Below are positions 40,455 to 51,394 of a stretch of 64,000 nucleotides of DNA, in pieces. Every line of letters begins with the position of its first letter. The first letter of the stretch is position 1. This stretch comes from Macrostomum hystrix (lineage: Eukaryota; Animalia; Platyhelminthes), in the NCBI GenBank assembly GCA_950097015.1, contig CATNEN010000015.1:1984001-2048000 (forward strand). Direction: 5' to 3'. Below the pieces are notes generated by a model, which did not search any database, was not told the origin of the DNA, and saw only the letters and a list, made by a program, of their open reading frames with translations. A program made the position numbers and the translations under genes.

Positions 40455-40610
40455 CTATCTCACCCTCTCCCATCTCACACTCTCCTATCTCACCCTCTCT
40501 TATCTCACCCTCTCTTATCTCACCCTCTCCCATCTCACCCTCTACCATCTCACCCTCTCTTATCTCACCCTCTCCCATCTCACCCTCTCCTATCTCACCC
40601 TCTCCCATGT
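40455..40610. repeat. 15-bp tandem repeat (CTCACCCTCTCCTAT)n
   Basis: Direct periodicity. Confidence 0.88.
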
Positions 40611-40874
40611 CCCCTCACACATGTCTCAGTATTCGTCATATTTCTGCCCGCAATGAGCACCCGATTTCCACATTGAGCATCGTATCAGTCCCAGCACTTA
40701 AAAATACGTCAATGCCACGCCCCAGCTCTCAAGTCAGTGTTGCTTTTTTAATCGACGACTGAATATGTGAAATATACTACTTTTAGCGCACACGCTACTA
40801 CTTGCATTCGCACACTAGTTCAAGACTTCCAATGGGTGTCTGGTAATTGTTCTTATTTATATTACAGTTCATTT

Positions 40875-41280
40875 CAGCTCACCTGTCCCTTCAGCTCACC
40901 TGTCCCTTCAGCTCACCTGTCCCTTCAGCTCACCTGTCCCTTCAGCTCACCTGTCCCTTCAGCTCACCTGTCCCTTCAGCTCACCTGTCCATTAAGCTCT
41001 CCTGTCCCTTCAGCTCACCTGTCACTTCAGCTCACCTGTCACATCAGCTCACCTGTCCCTTCAGCTCACCTGTCCCTTCAGCTCTCCTGTCCCTTCAGCT
41101 CACCTGTCCCTTCAGCTCACCTGTCACATCAGCTCACCTGTCCTATCTCACCCATCCTGTATTTCAAACCCACCTCACTCCTGTAGTTCACACTCACCTC
41201 ACTCCTGTAGTTCACACTCACCTCACTCCTGTAGTTCACACTCACCTCTCTACTGTAGTTCCTACTAACCTCACTCCTGT
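40875..41280. repeat. 17-bp minisatellite (CAGCTCACCTGTCCCTT)n to ~41143, followed by a 24-bp repeat (CACCTCACTCCTGTAGTTCACACT)n
   Basis: The 17-mer is the reverse complement of the arrays at 46711, 51267 and 54889. Confidence 0.92.
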
Positions 41281-41835
41281 GGTTTTCCCAGGTCACTTTT
41301 TTCAAACAAGTCTTAATTTTTTTACTCAGTTTTAAAGTTAAAAATATATATTTGCGAGCTTCAAATTTCAGCAAAAATGTTCTTAATTGGGTGAGTTTTT
41401 CTCGAGTTGGTGCACTTGTGATCTGAATGCACATGTGCAAGATTTTGGGTGGCCTCAATCGGTTCAAAAACATTTGTATCCAGGGGCAAGTCGCAGCCAG
41501 GTTGAAAAGTGCTTTGAACAAGTTGATTTTTACCGCCTCAGGGTCTAGACACGGAGCAAGGAGCACAGAAATTCAGATTTGACTAATTAAAAGTAGGTAA
41601 TAAATAGGAAGTTTGCAACACGGGAACAACAAAATAAATTATCAAAGGAAATTCTAAGTCTCCGATGAAGTTTACGTAAAAATTTTGAGTTCGAAGTTCT
41701 TCTGTAACAAAACGAAGTTAAAAAAGCAAAGGAACTCGTTGCAAATGAAATGTCTAATACTCGTATGTACCGTTTCTCCTCTCTGAGTGACCACAGGCTC
41801 ACTATCCACACAATGGAGCTTCAGCTCAAAGCTTT

Positions 41836-42099
41836 CTCAGCCACGGACGAAGAAATCGCTGCTGTTGCCGTTGTCCAGGGCAGCTAGGAAAATGGGTACT
41901 CAAGCAGGTGGCACTGACCCTGCTCACGGTTCAACACCACCGCCTCGCAGCCGACACCGCACAGGCACAAGCATTCGATCAATCCTCGACGAGCACTGAC
42001 AGTTTGGAAGGCCATCGCACCTGGTTTGCTGATACGGACCAGGGTGCGGTTGCCGAGGACAAGGGCTGTGGTGGAACGGATAAGGCAAGGAATTGACAT
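41836..42099 (-). pseudogene. Orphan PAN/apple-like exon homologous to exon 2 of the WSC-PAN genes, with a 1-nt frameshift in a T-run
   Basis: GNRTLVRISKP...GLIECLCLCGVGCEAVVLNREQGQCHLLEYPF matches the Cys spacing of the paralogs (ECAAVC..SSDCQALIFS....CHLLRFAYP). Adding one T gives ...LAALDNGNSSDFFVRG-TGA, matching DYYLRG-stop. Phase-1 acceptor CCACCACAG| at 42066. Confidence 0.7.
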
Positions 42100-42180
42100 T
42101 GTGCTGTACCGGGGGCTTAAGCCAAGGCGTTGGGGGTAATCCAAGGCGTAGCCACTTCGTAAGCCAAGGCGGACAGCGGC

Positions 42181-42318
42181 CTCCCCAATCGGCTGACTAA
42201 ACTATGTGGCGCCCCTCCCCAATCGGCTGACTAAACTATGTGGCGCCCACTCCCTAATTGGCTGCCTAAACTATCTGGCGCCCCCTCCCCAATCGGCTGA
42301 CTAAACTATGTGGCGCCG
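42181..42318. repeat. 34-35-bp tandem repeat x4 (CCAATCGGCTGACTAAACTATGTGGCGCCCCTC)
   Basis: Direct reading; abuts the 5' end of the RTE fragment. Confidence 0.88.
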
Positions 42319-43378
42319 TGCTGGATCCCTAACTGCGACCTGAGCAGAACGGGTTTCGGCCCCACCGTGGCACAGTGACGCAGATCCTAGCTCTTCACCG
42401 AATCATCGAGGAGGCGCGCACGCGCCAGTTGGACCTGATTGTTGTCTTCATTGACTTCATGAAGGCATTCGACTCGGTTGCGAGGGCTGCGCTCCCACAT
42501 GTGCTCCGCGCGTACCATGTGCCAGAACAGCTGATCTCCGCCATCATGGCGTTGTACTGTGCTACGAGAGCAGCTGTGATGACGCCGGACGGCCTGTCGG
42601 ACTCCTTCGAGACATCCTCCGGGGTGCTCCAGGGGGACACTCTAGCGCCGTTCCTGTTCGTCCCGGTGCTTGACTGGGTGCTACGAACTGCTCTTCCTAC
42701 CGACGAAGACGGCTTCCTACTGCGGCGACGCGTGGGTCAGCGTGCTTGGCTACGCCGATGACCTCGCCCTGTTGTCCTCGACCGTAGAGGGCGCCCAGCG
42801 CCAGCTGGACAAGCTGGTTAGCACTGCAGCGAGTGTCGGCCTGTTGGTCAACACGAAGAAGACCGTTGTGCTCTGCGTGCCGGGCGACATGGAGGCCGCA
42901 ATTTTCTGCCGAGGCGCTGACGGGCAGGTAACGGTGCTTCTGCGCTGTCAGCAGTTCGCCTACCTCGGCGGTCTGGTACCAGACGTCCGCGAAGATCTGC
43001 GGCGTCGCCACCGGTACGCTTGGGCTGCCTTTCGTTCTGTGAGGGCGGTCCTGCAGTCCGAGGCCCTACCTGATCGCCAGAGGGCGGCGCTGTTCCAGGC
43101 GGTGGTCGAGACCGTCCTGTTGTACAACGCCGAGACCTGGACGCTGACGGACTCGCTCGAACAGCAAGTCAACGCGGTGCACGCTGGCATGCTGCGCTCC
43201 GCCTTGAAGATCAGCGACAAGCGGATCACTAACGCGGTACTCTATCGCCGCGCCGGCCTGGCCCGTCCAAGTGAACTGCTGCGACTTCGGCGACTCCAGC
43301 TAGCAGGCCACATCATCCGCGCCGAGTCCTACTGCCCGCAGCCGGTGCATCCTGACAGCGTATTTTGTTGTTGTTGAT
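42319..43378 (+). mobile_element. Decayed, 5'-truncated RTE-like non-LTR retrotransposon fragment (RT, (GTT)n tail)
   Basis: QILALHRIIEEAR..FIDFMKAFDSV..GVLQGDTLAPFLF and VLGYADDLALL..RAESYCPQPV in shifted frames. Ends TATTTTGTTGTTGTTG. Homologous to 1590-2950. Confidence 0.9.
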
Positions 43379-43712
43379 GTTATATTTCGCTTTTATTAAC
43401 CATCAACCAGCAGTTAAAGCCAAAAAATTGTTGTAAAAGTTCGCTTCAGTATCAAATTGATGAATGCTCGTGTAGAGAGAGTTTAGAAAAATAAAATACT
43501 GATATTATTAACCAAAATTCAAGAAAAATGTAGAAAAAAGAGCACCACTTACTACTTCAAGTCTACTGAATGATAGGTTTCAGGATAATGGAATATGGAA
43601 CAATACCCAGATTGGATTCCAGCAGTTGGGCCAACACACCCCTATAGCGCATGATAAAAGCAAGCCAGCGTAGAGGCAGTGAAACTGCTCAAATCTGCCG
43701 AATCTCAGCACA

Positions 43713-44450
43713 ATGGTCGCCGCTTCAGCTTTCAACTCCGCCGTCTACAGCGCTCTGCTGGCCGTCACCGCTGCCAGGGTGGCTCAGTTCTCCTACATCG
43801 GCTGCTTCAAGGACAACTATACAGCCACCAGAGCCTTAAATGGGCTGCAGGGAGTGAGTCGACTTGGTGAATTTTTCTACAGCGACAGGGATGGCCTGCA
43901 GAGTGACAGCGGGATGTCAACCGGGTTCTGCGGCAACGTCTGCTCACTGGGCGGGTTTCCGTACTTCGGCATGCAGTACGGCAGGCAGTGCTACTGCGGC
44001 CTGTCCTACTGGCTCTACGGAGCTGCCACCGAGACTGAGTGCGACATGGCCTGCTGGGGAAACCCGGCACAAAAATGCGGGGGAGGAAACCGGATTTCCG
44101 TGTTTTCCCAGACCTATCCGGGTGAGGCGAACTACCTGCTCTATGATCGTTTAGTTTCTGGTCAAACGAATAATTAAATTGTACAATTTCGGACAACCAC
44201 TCTGTATCATTTAGAACAAAACTCTTTCGTGCTGAAAGCCATGCCCTCTCTGAAGGTCGTGACAAGTCAAACTACTTTCTTGACCAGCTCTGCCGCGAAC
44301 ATAATGGAATGTGCGGCTGTGTGCTGGGTTAGCTCTGACTGTCAAGCCCTGATCTTCTCTGAGCGGCTGCTCCTGTGCCACCTGCTCAGGTTCGCCTACC
44401 CACCTGCCAACCTGACTGGAATCATTGGAGACTACTACCTGCGTGGCTAA
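43713..44450 (+). CDS. Secreted WSC + PAN/apple-like protein, copy A, ~214 aa. Exons 43713-44121, 44215-44450
   Basis: Hydrophobic N-terminus. WSC motif YIGCFKD...MSTGFCGNVC..GGFPYFGMQYGRQCYCG...ECDMACWGNPAQKCGGGNRISVF. Phase-1 GT-AG intron. Exon 2 C-x3-C-x5-C...C pattern. Confidence 0.88.
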
Positions 44451-45655
44451 GACTACTACCTGTGTGGCTGAGACTACTACCTGTGTGGCTGAGACTACTA
44501 CCTGCGTGGATGAGACTACTACTTGTGTGGCTGAGACTACTACCTGCGTTGATGAGACTACTACCTGCGTGGCTGAGACTACTACCTGTGTGGCTGAGAC
44601 TACTACCTGTGTGGATGAGACTACTACCTGTGTGGCTGAGACTACTACCTGCGTTGATGAGACTACTACCTGCGTGGCTGAGACTACTACCTGTGTGGCT
44701 GAGACTACTACCTGTGTGGCTGAGACTACTACCTGTGTGGCTGAGACTACTACCTGTGTGGCTGAGACTACTACCTGTGTGGCTGAGACTACTACCTGTG
44801 TGGCTGAGACTACTACCTGCGTGGCTGAGACTACTACCTGTGTGGCTGAGACTACTACCTGCGTGGCTGAGACTACTACCTGCGTGGCTGAGACTACTAC
44901 CTGCGTGGCTAAGACTACTACCTGCGTGGCTGAGACTACTACCTGGGTGGCTGAGACTACTACCTGAGGATGAGACTACTACCTGTGTGGCTGAGACTAC
45001 TACCTGTGTGGCTGAGACTACTACCTGTGTGGCTGAGACTACTACCTGTGTGGCTGAGACTACTATCTGTGTGGCTGAGACTACTACCTGCGTGGCTGAG
45101 ACTACTACCTGCGTGGCTGAGACTACTACCTGCGTGGCTGAGACTACTACCTGAGGATGAGACTACTACCTGTGTGGCTGAGACTACTACCTGTGTGGCT
45201 GAGACTACTACCTGTGTGGCTGAGACTACTACCTGTGTGGCTGAGACTACTACCTGCGTGGCTGAGACTACTACCTGCGTGGCTGAGACTACTACCTGCG
45301 TGGCTGAGACTACTACCTGCGTGGCTGAGACTACTACCTGTGTGGCTGAGACTACTACCTGCGTGGCTGAGACTACTACCTGCGTGGCTGAGACTACTAC
45401 CTGTGTGGCTGAGACTACTACCTGCGTGGCTGAGACTACTACCTGCGTGGCTGAGACTACTTACCTGCGTGGCTGAGACTACTACCTGTGTGGCTGAGAC
45501 TACTACCTGTGTGGCTGAGACTACTACCTGTGTGGCTGAGACTACTACCTGTGTGGCTGAGACTACTACCTGTGTGGCTGAGACTACTACCTGTGTGGCT
45601 GAGACTACTACCTGTGTGGCTGAGACTACTCACTGCGTGGATGAGACTACTACCT
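44428..45655. repeat. 21-bp minisatellite (GAGACTACTACCTGTGTGGCT)n, ~58 units, starting inside the last codons of WSC copy A
   Basis: The first unit is the coding GACTACTACCTGCGTGGC plus the stop codon. Confidence 0.97.
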
Positions 45656-46710
45656 TCTTGAATGAAACTACTATGAAACTGCTGCCAGCCGTAGTTCTGA
45701 GCCACATCTCTGAAATGATCACGCTTAAAGTGCATTAACTAATTGTTTCTGCAAATTTTTTTATTAAAGAGATTAGACTCATCCGCTTTTACCTGTGGGA
45801 AGCGCTTAGCAATAATATGTGTAAATGTATTTCCTTGGATGGTCATAAGAACTATCAGGAAAGTGCAACTGTCAAGTACCAGTCTGCAGGCGAACTCTAA
45901 AGTAGTACTTTCTGTTCTCTGTTCCACTGTTCGCCAGCTGTTTTACTTTCTTTTGTTCTCGAGAAAATGCAGATGGCCAACAACATGTGATTTTCCGACG
46001 GATACTGATGTATTGTTCCCAAAACATCAATCAAATTTTATTCTTTACACAAGAAGACAGATTCTAGAAGTGGTTGGGATTCTAGACGAATCTTTCTTTT
46101 AGAAGACAGAAAGATGAGTTGACCCAACAGGGAAGCAGGGAGTGACATGCACGCTGGCTTTTCTTGAATAATTAAAGCGGCTTGAAATTATTTGCCTTTT
46201 TCACGGCCAGTTTTAATAAAAGTGCATACCTTGTGCCTGCTCACGATGCTTTTTTCAACAAAAAAGACGGGGAAAAAAGAAATGCAAACGCCACACCTGC
46301 TCCTTAGAAACAGGTCAGGTAACCGTCTATTTACGTTTTCCGCTTTGGAGAGTCAGCACTATTATTTTATTTCATTAGCAGATTAGCTAGCGGAGTCAGT
46401 TTAAGACAGGATATATCATGGATTTCACACGAACTCAAAATAATCCCAATTGATTTCGTTTGAAACACAGAACCTCGGACCGTGGCGATTGTAGCAAAAA
46501 TGCAGACAGCCTAAAATATGGGTGTTATATTCATGCCTACTTATAAACACAATTCCTTAACAAACATGACTACTCGCTTAATAGTATTTCTCGAGCAGAC
46601 GCGCCAAAAAACAATAAACACGCAATGCAATGACACTGCCTTCTGAGCTGTTTCTTATTGAGAATGATGTGTCATCCAATTTTCGAACTGAAAGGACATA
46701 TGATCAAATA

Positions 46711-47383
46711 GACAGGTGAGCTGAAGAGACAGGTGAGCTGGAGAGACAGGTGAGCTGGAGAGACAGGTGAGCTGGAGAGACAGGTGAGCTGGAGAGACAG
46801 GTGAGCTGGAGAGACAGGTGAGCTGGAGAAACAGGTGAGCTGAAGAGACAGCTGAGCTAAAGGACAGGTGAGCTGGAGAGACAGTGAGCTGAAGGGACAG
46901 GTGAGCTGAAGGGTCAGGTGAGCTGAAGGGACAGGTGAGCTGAAGGGACAGGTGAGCTGAAGGGACAGGTGAGCTGAAGGGACAGGTGAGCTGAAGGGAC
47001 AGGTGAGCTAAATGGAAAGGTGAGCTGAAGGGACAGGTGAGCTGAAGGGACAGGTGAGCTGAATGGAAAGGTGAGCTGAAGAGACAGGTGAGCTGAAGGG
47101 ACAGGTGAGCTGAAGAGACAGGTGAGCTGGAGAGACAGGTGAGCTGAAGAGACAGGTGAGCTGGAGAGACAGGTGAGCTGGAGAGACAGGTGAGCTGAAG
47201 GACAGGTGAGCTGGAGAGACAGGTGAGCTGAAGAGACAGGTGAGCTGGAGAGACAGGTGAGCTGGAGAGACAGGTGAGCTGAAGGACAGGTGAGCTGGAG
47301 AGACAGGTGAGCTGAAGAGACAGGTGAGCTGAAGAGACAGGTGAGCTGGAGAGACAGGTGAGCTGGAGAGACAGGTGAGCTGA
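46711..47383. repeat. 17-bp minisatellite (GAGACAGGTGAGCTGGA)n, left part of an array split by the CACTA-like insertion
   Basis: Direct periodicity; resumes in register at 51267. Confidence 0.96.
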
Positions 47384-50300
47384 CACTAGACAACAAAAAT
47401 TGAGCGGAATTGCATATGAATTACAATCGGACACACGAAAATTTCGCAATTCTTGCACGCGAATTGTAATCTAATTGCATTCGAATTGTAAGAAACGCAA
47501 GTAGAATTGCAATTTAATTGCAATTTCGGTGCTGATTTTTTCTTGCAATTAAATTACACGAAAATTGCACTTCAATTACAATATAGTTGCAAGCGGATTG
47601 CAATTAGCATCTCTTAAATCGCAATTTAATTACAATTATAACATTTAGACGTATCTTCTTACTGTCCTACTTAGAGTAGACTCATTTGCAAATAGCTGAA
47701 GGTTGCTTTCCCGGCTATCAAAATTTTCATGCTACAAGAGTTGAGCGCGGGTATTTATTTTCATTACTTTGTTCAATTGAAGGATATTAAGTTTCGAGCT
47801 TGTGATAGCTTAGGTGTTTCGAATAACAGAGTATATATGGAATAGAAAAGAGCATTCTCAATGAGAAGCATAAAAAATAACCAACAAACTGATTAAACAA
47901 ATATTGGAATTAATAACATGAGAACATTTAGTTTGCCTGGTTCATTCAGTTGAAATAATGTATTGTAATGTAAACGCGTGACTATATCAAATACGCACTG
48001 ATCAGAATCAGATAGGGATGAAAGAACACGATCTGTCATCCACTCGTACAGTCGAACACGCGCGCGAACTGGAACACCACACACAAAGGAAAGAATTTCA
48101 CCCAAGGACCCATTTCGAAAATAGAAAAAAGGAGATTCATTATTACAATTTACAATTTCGAGAAGCGCAGATACGGTTGCAACCAATAGAAATACAGCGC
48201 GAGGAACGAAAGGTGACTATAGCATCATCAAGCCAAGTCGAATGATCCAAACCAAGAAACACCCGTTCACTTCTTTTTGGCCTTCACAGCAGCATCTCTA
48301 AAAAATTGATTGAGCGATAGGCGCACATCTTTCCACGAATAAGTACCAAACCACGAGTCCAGACAGTCTTTAATATCATTAATGACAACCGGATCGACCG
48401 AGATACGCTCCGTTTTTCCTTTCGGCTCAATGATTGCCGTGCGGCAGAATTCCTCACCGAATTTCCGAAGAGCTAGTTGTCTAGCGAAAATCGTCGGCAC
48501 TTTGGAAAGCTGATTGTGACTCCGTAGCCTCAATGCTGCCTGATTGCACATTAGGTTCAACATTTGTAGCTTTGGAGGCACTCTCCATATTTGAATCTAA
48601 GTCCTCAATTGCATCAAGGGAACTCAAGGCAGCAATGAAATCCTCCATGGCTCAGCAGTTTAGAAAGTAGGAGTTCTGAAGTTAGGAAGTTTTTTTGGAA
48701 AATTGTATATGCAAAATATTAAAGGAATATGTAGTTAAGATTAGCAAATAATATCTTTATACCATAATATAAAATGACTAGTTGCATAGACAGTGGGGCA
48801 GGGGATATAGCTGAAAATTGGCTATACCCCCTAATCACCTGGGATTTCCCAGTCACACTGGGAAACTTCTACCTTGGGAAGAAGGTTTCTAGCTGCTTAG
48901 GCTAGGAAAAGACATAGTGGATAAGGTGGTGCATAGAGCATATAAAAAAGCCCACTACCACTATATTTTTAGGGCTTTTTTTGTCACAAAGCAAGTCCCT
49001 TCCTATCCCCTAGCCCCCTCCTTAGATAGAAAATCCTAGATATGCTATTGAAAATGACCATCATATTTTTCATAAAAAGCCAACCTATTTCCTATAGCTT
49101 TTATACTTTTCAACTTAGGATAAATAGAACCTTTCTTTTTATGTAAGTAAAACTTTCTATATTGCTAGAATTTTATTGGGGTCTAAGGTAAGGAATCAAG
49201 GGTTTTAAGGAAGGGAAATTATTTATGTGGGTTGAATTTTGGTATTTAAACTTCAATAGAATATATAAAAAAAGAACTAAATTATAGATTGAATATCCAA
49301 AATATATCAATGGATAAAAGATAAAGTCTTTTTGCAGCTAAAAATAGTTAGATCTGCACATTTAGGGGTTTATTTAAAGATTGGGTGCTATCTGCAAAAA
49401 CCCCTATATATTGCAATAGCTGGCAATAGTGGACTTTCATTCATTTAATTACTTCAGGTTTAACTTCATACCAAATTAATTTAGTCTATTTGTGTCTTCA
49501 TATGCTCAAAAAATGTTTGCCTATATGTACTTTTTTACAAAAGGACTGGGCCTAAAATACATTGCTAGCATATAATAGGCCTATAGATATCAATAAATTG
49601 TTTCTATCTTACCAAATGCTCAAATTGAAATAGACTATGTCTAAATTAATTTGGTGCAAATTTAAACTCAAAATAATTAAATGAACAAAAGTCCACTATT
49701 GCCCAATAGCTATAAGTATAAGGCCTTAGTTAGATAGGCCTATTAAGTATTGTATAGGTATTGTATTAGATATAAATAAATAGATATTACTATTGGTTCT
49801 AGTAATATATCTTAAAATATTATTGCTAGATATATAGATAGTATATAATACTCAATATATATGCATAATCCAGATTGAATATATATTATAACAATATATA
49901 TAGTACTATAGGTAGGCCTAGCTTTTTATATATCTAGACTAGTGTTCATGACAAAAGAAAATGGCTACTATTAGGCCTATGCCCTTACCTTACCTTAGTC
50001 ATAGCCCTAAATTTAATTAAAGTCAAGATAATCATTTTAGAGTCTAAGCCCCTAACCTAAACCTTATAAAACCATAATTTCCTACTGAGGACCTGTCCTA
50101 GGCTAGGCCTATACTTAGCAAAAACAGTTTAGTTATATGGCTTAGCTAACTACAATACCAATACAATATACAAAAACTTGAAAAAACTTTTTGGCTACAT
50201 TGAAAATGATTGCACTTTTGAAATCACCATCCCAAAACCCCCAAAAGGCCACTGATTTATAAATATAAAACATACCTAGCAAAACTAGAAGTAGAACTAG

Positions 50301-51266
50301 GCCCTAGCTCGAAGTAGCCATTTTAGGTACCTATAGGCCTATCAGGCTATATGGCTATATATCAAGAAGTCCCTTGGCCTTGACTATGCCTATACAATAT
50401 ACAAAGGTGGATGGTTAAAGAGTTCTTTTGTCTTGAAATAGAAGTATAAAATTGGCAAGCTTTTCTTTCTTTCATGTCTGGCAAAAGATTGTTATGTTAG
50501 ATAAGATAGTGACTTATTCGCTAGCGAAATGTGAGTATAAAAGAAAGTGGCTCAATACAATAATAGCAAATAAGCATTTTCTAACGTATGAAGCATTCCA
50601 AACTCCTCAGACAACTTTATAGCTGGCTCAAAAAAGAAAGCAAAAATTATGTGAAAAATATATCTCGACTTTATTTAATTGAGTTTAAGTTGAGTAAGAA
50701 AAGTAAAATCAATTGTTTACCACATTTAAATCATATATATCCACAATGATCATGTAAATTTGACCAGCGAAACAATTGTGCAAAACAAAGTAAAGCTGCT
50801 TAAGTGAAATAGATTGTAAGATGCAAATACTGCACCTGTTTTGTGTTGTAAAAAAATTTCAAGACTGAAAAAAGTATGCACCTAGGTGACCTAGTCCTTT
50901 AAAAAGATGACATTTTACGACTTTACTTTTCTCTATATTGATTACTATGACGTACGTATAAGTTCATGAAATCACATTGTGCAATATTTTATTTTATACA
51001 AAGATGTGAAGCACCTTTAGGAAAAAAGAAATCATTTTCGTAAAAGCAAAATTCTGATCAATTTCAATACATGGTTAAAAGAAGATTTTTACATAAAAAA
51101 AATTACGCCAATTGTAATGCCATTAAATCTAACTTGCAATAATTGCAATTTTAGGCAGCAAGAAAATTGCAATTTCTACAACAGTTGCCAACAAAGTTGC
51201 AATTTTCGCAATTTTTGCAATTATATTGCAATTTCACTAATTTTTGCGCAATTCGAATGTCTAGTG
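47384..51266. mobile_element. Non-autonomous CACTA/EnSpm-like DNA transposon, 3883 bp
   Basis: Terminal inverted repeats CACTAGACA (47384) / TGTCTAGTG (to 51266). 2-bp GA duplication (47382-47383, 51267-51268) restoring the GCTGAAGGACAGG minisatellite unit. Clustered AATTGC/GCAATT subterminal motifs at both ends. No transposase ORF seen. Confidence 0.8.
48267..48510 (-). CDS. BEN-domain-like coding segment inside the CACTA-like element (probable last exon or remnant)
   Basis: FARQLALRKFGEEFCRTAII..KGKTERISVDPVVINDIKDCLDSWFG.YSWKDVRLSLNQFFR resembles the BEN helical pattern (LF..EE...G....LDP..I..IK....W....IN.K.R); recognised by eye only. Confidence 0.55.
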
Positions 51267-51394
51267 GAAGGACAGGTGAGCTGGAGAGACAGGTGAGCTG
51301 AAGGACAGGTGAGCTGGAGAGACAGGTGAGCTGGAGAGACAGGTGAGCTGAAGAGACAGCTGAGCAGAAGGACAGGTGAGCTGAAGGGCAGGTG
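51267..51394. repeat. Right remnant of the 17-bp GACAGGTGAGCTG array
   Basis: Continues the 46711-47383 array after the insertion. Confidence 0.93.

Noticed and set aside
44381-44420. Alternative acceptor CCTGCTCAG| (44389) that would splice WSC exon 1 into the ETTTCVA frame
   Set aside because: It is in the right phase but hits TGA after seven codons (GSPTHLPT-stop), before the array.
44448-45655. Selenocysteine recoding of the repeated in-frame TGA codons
   Set aside because: The first stop of copy A is TAA, the context is not UGA-CUA, and no SECIS element was recognised. Kept only as part of the general readthrough test.
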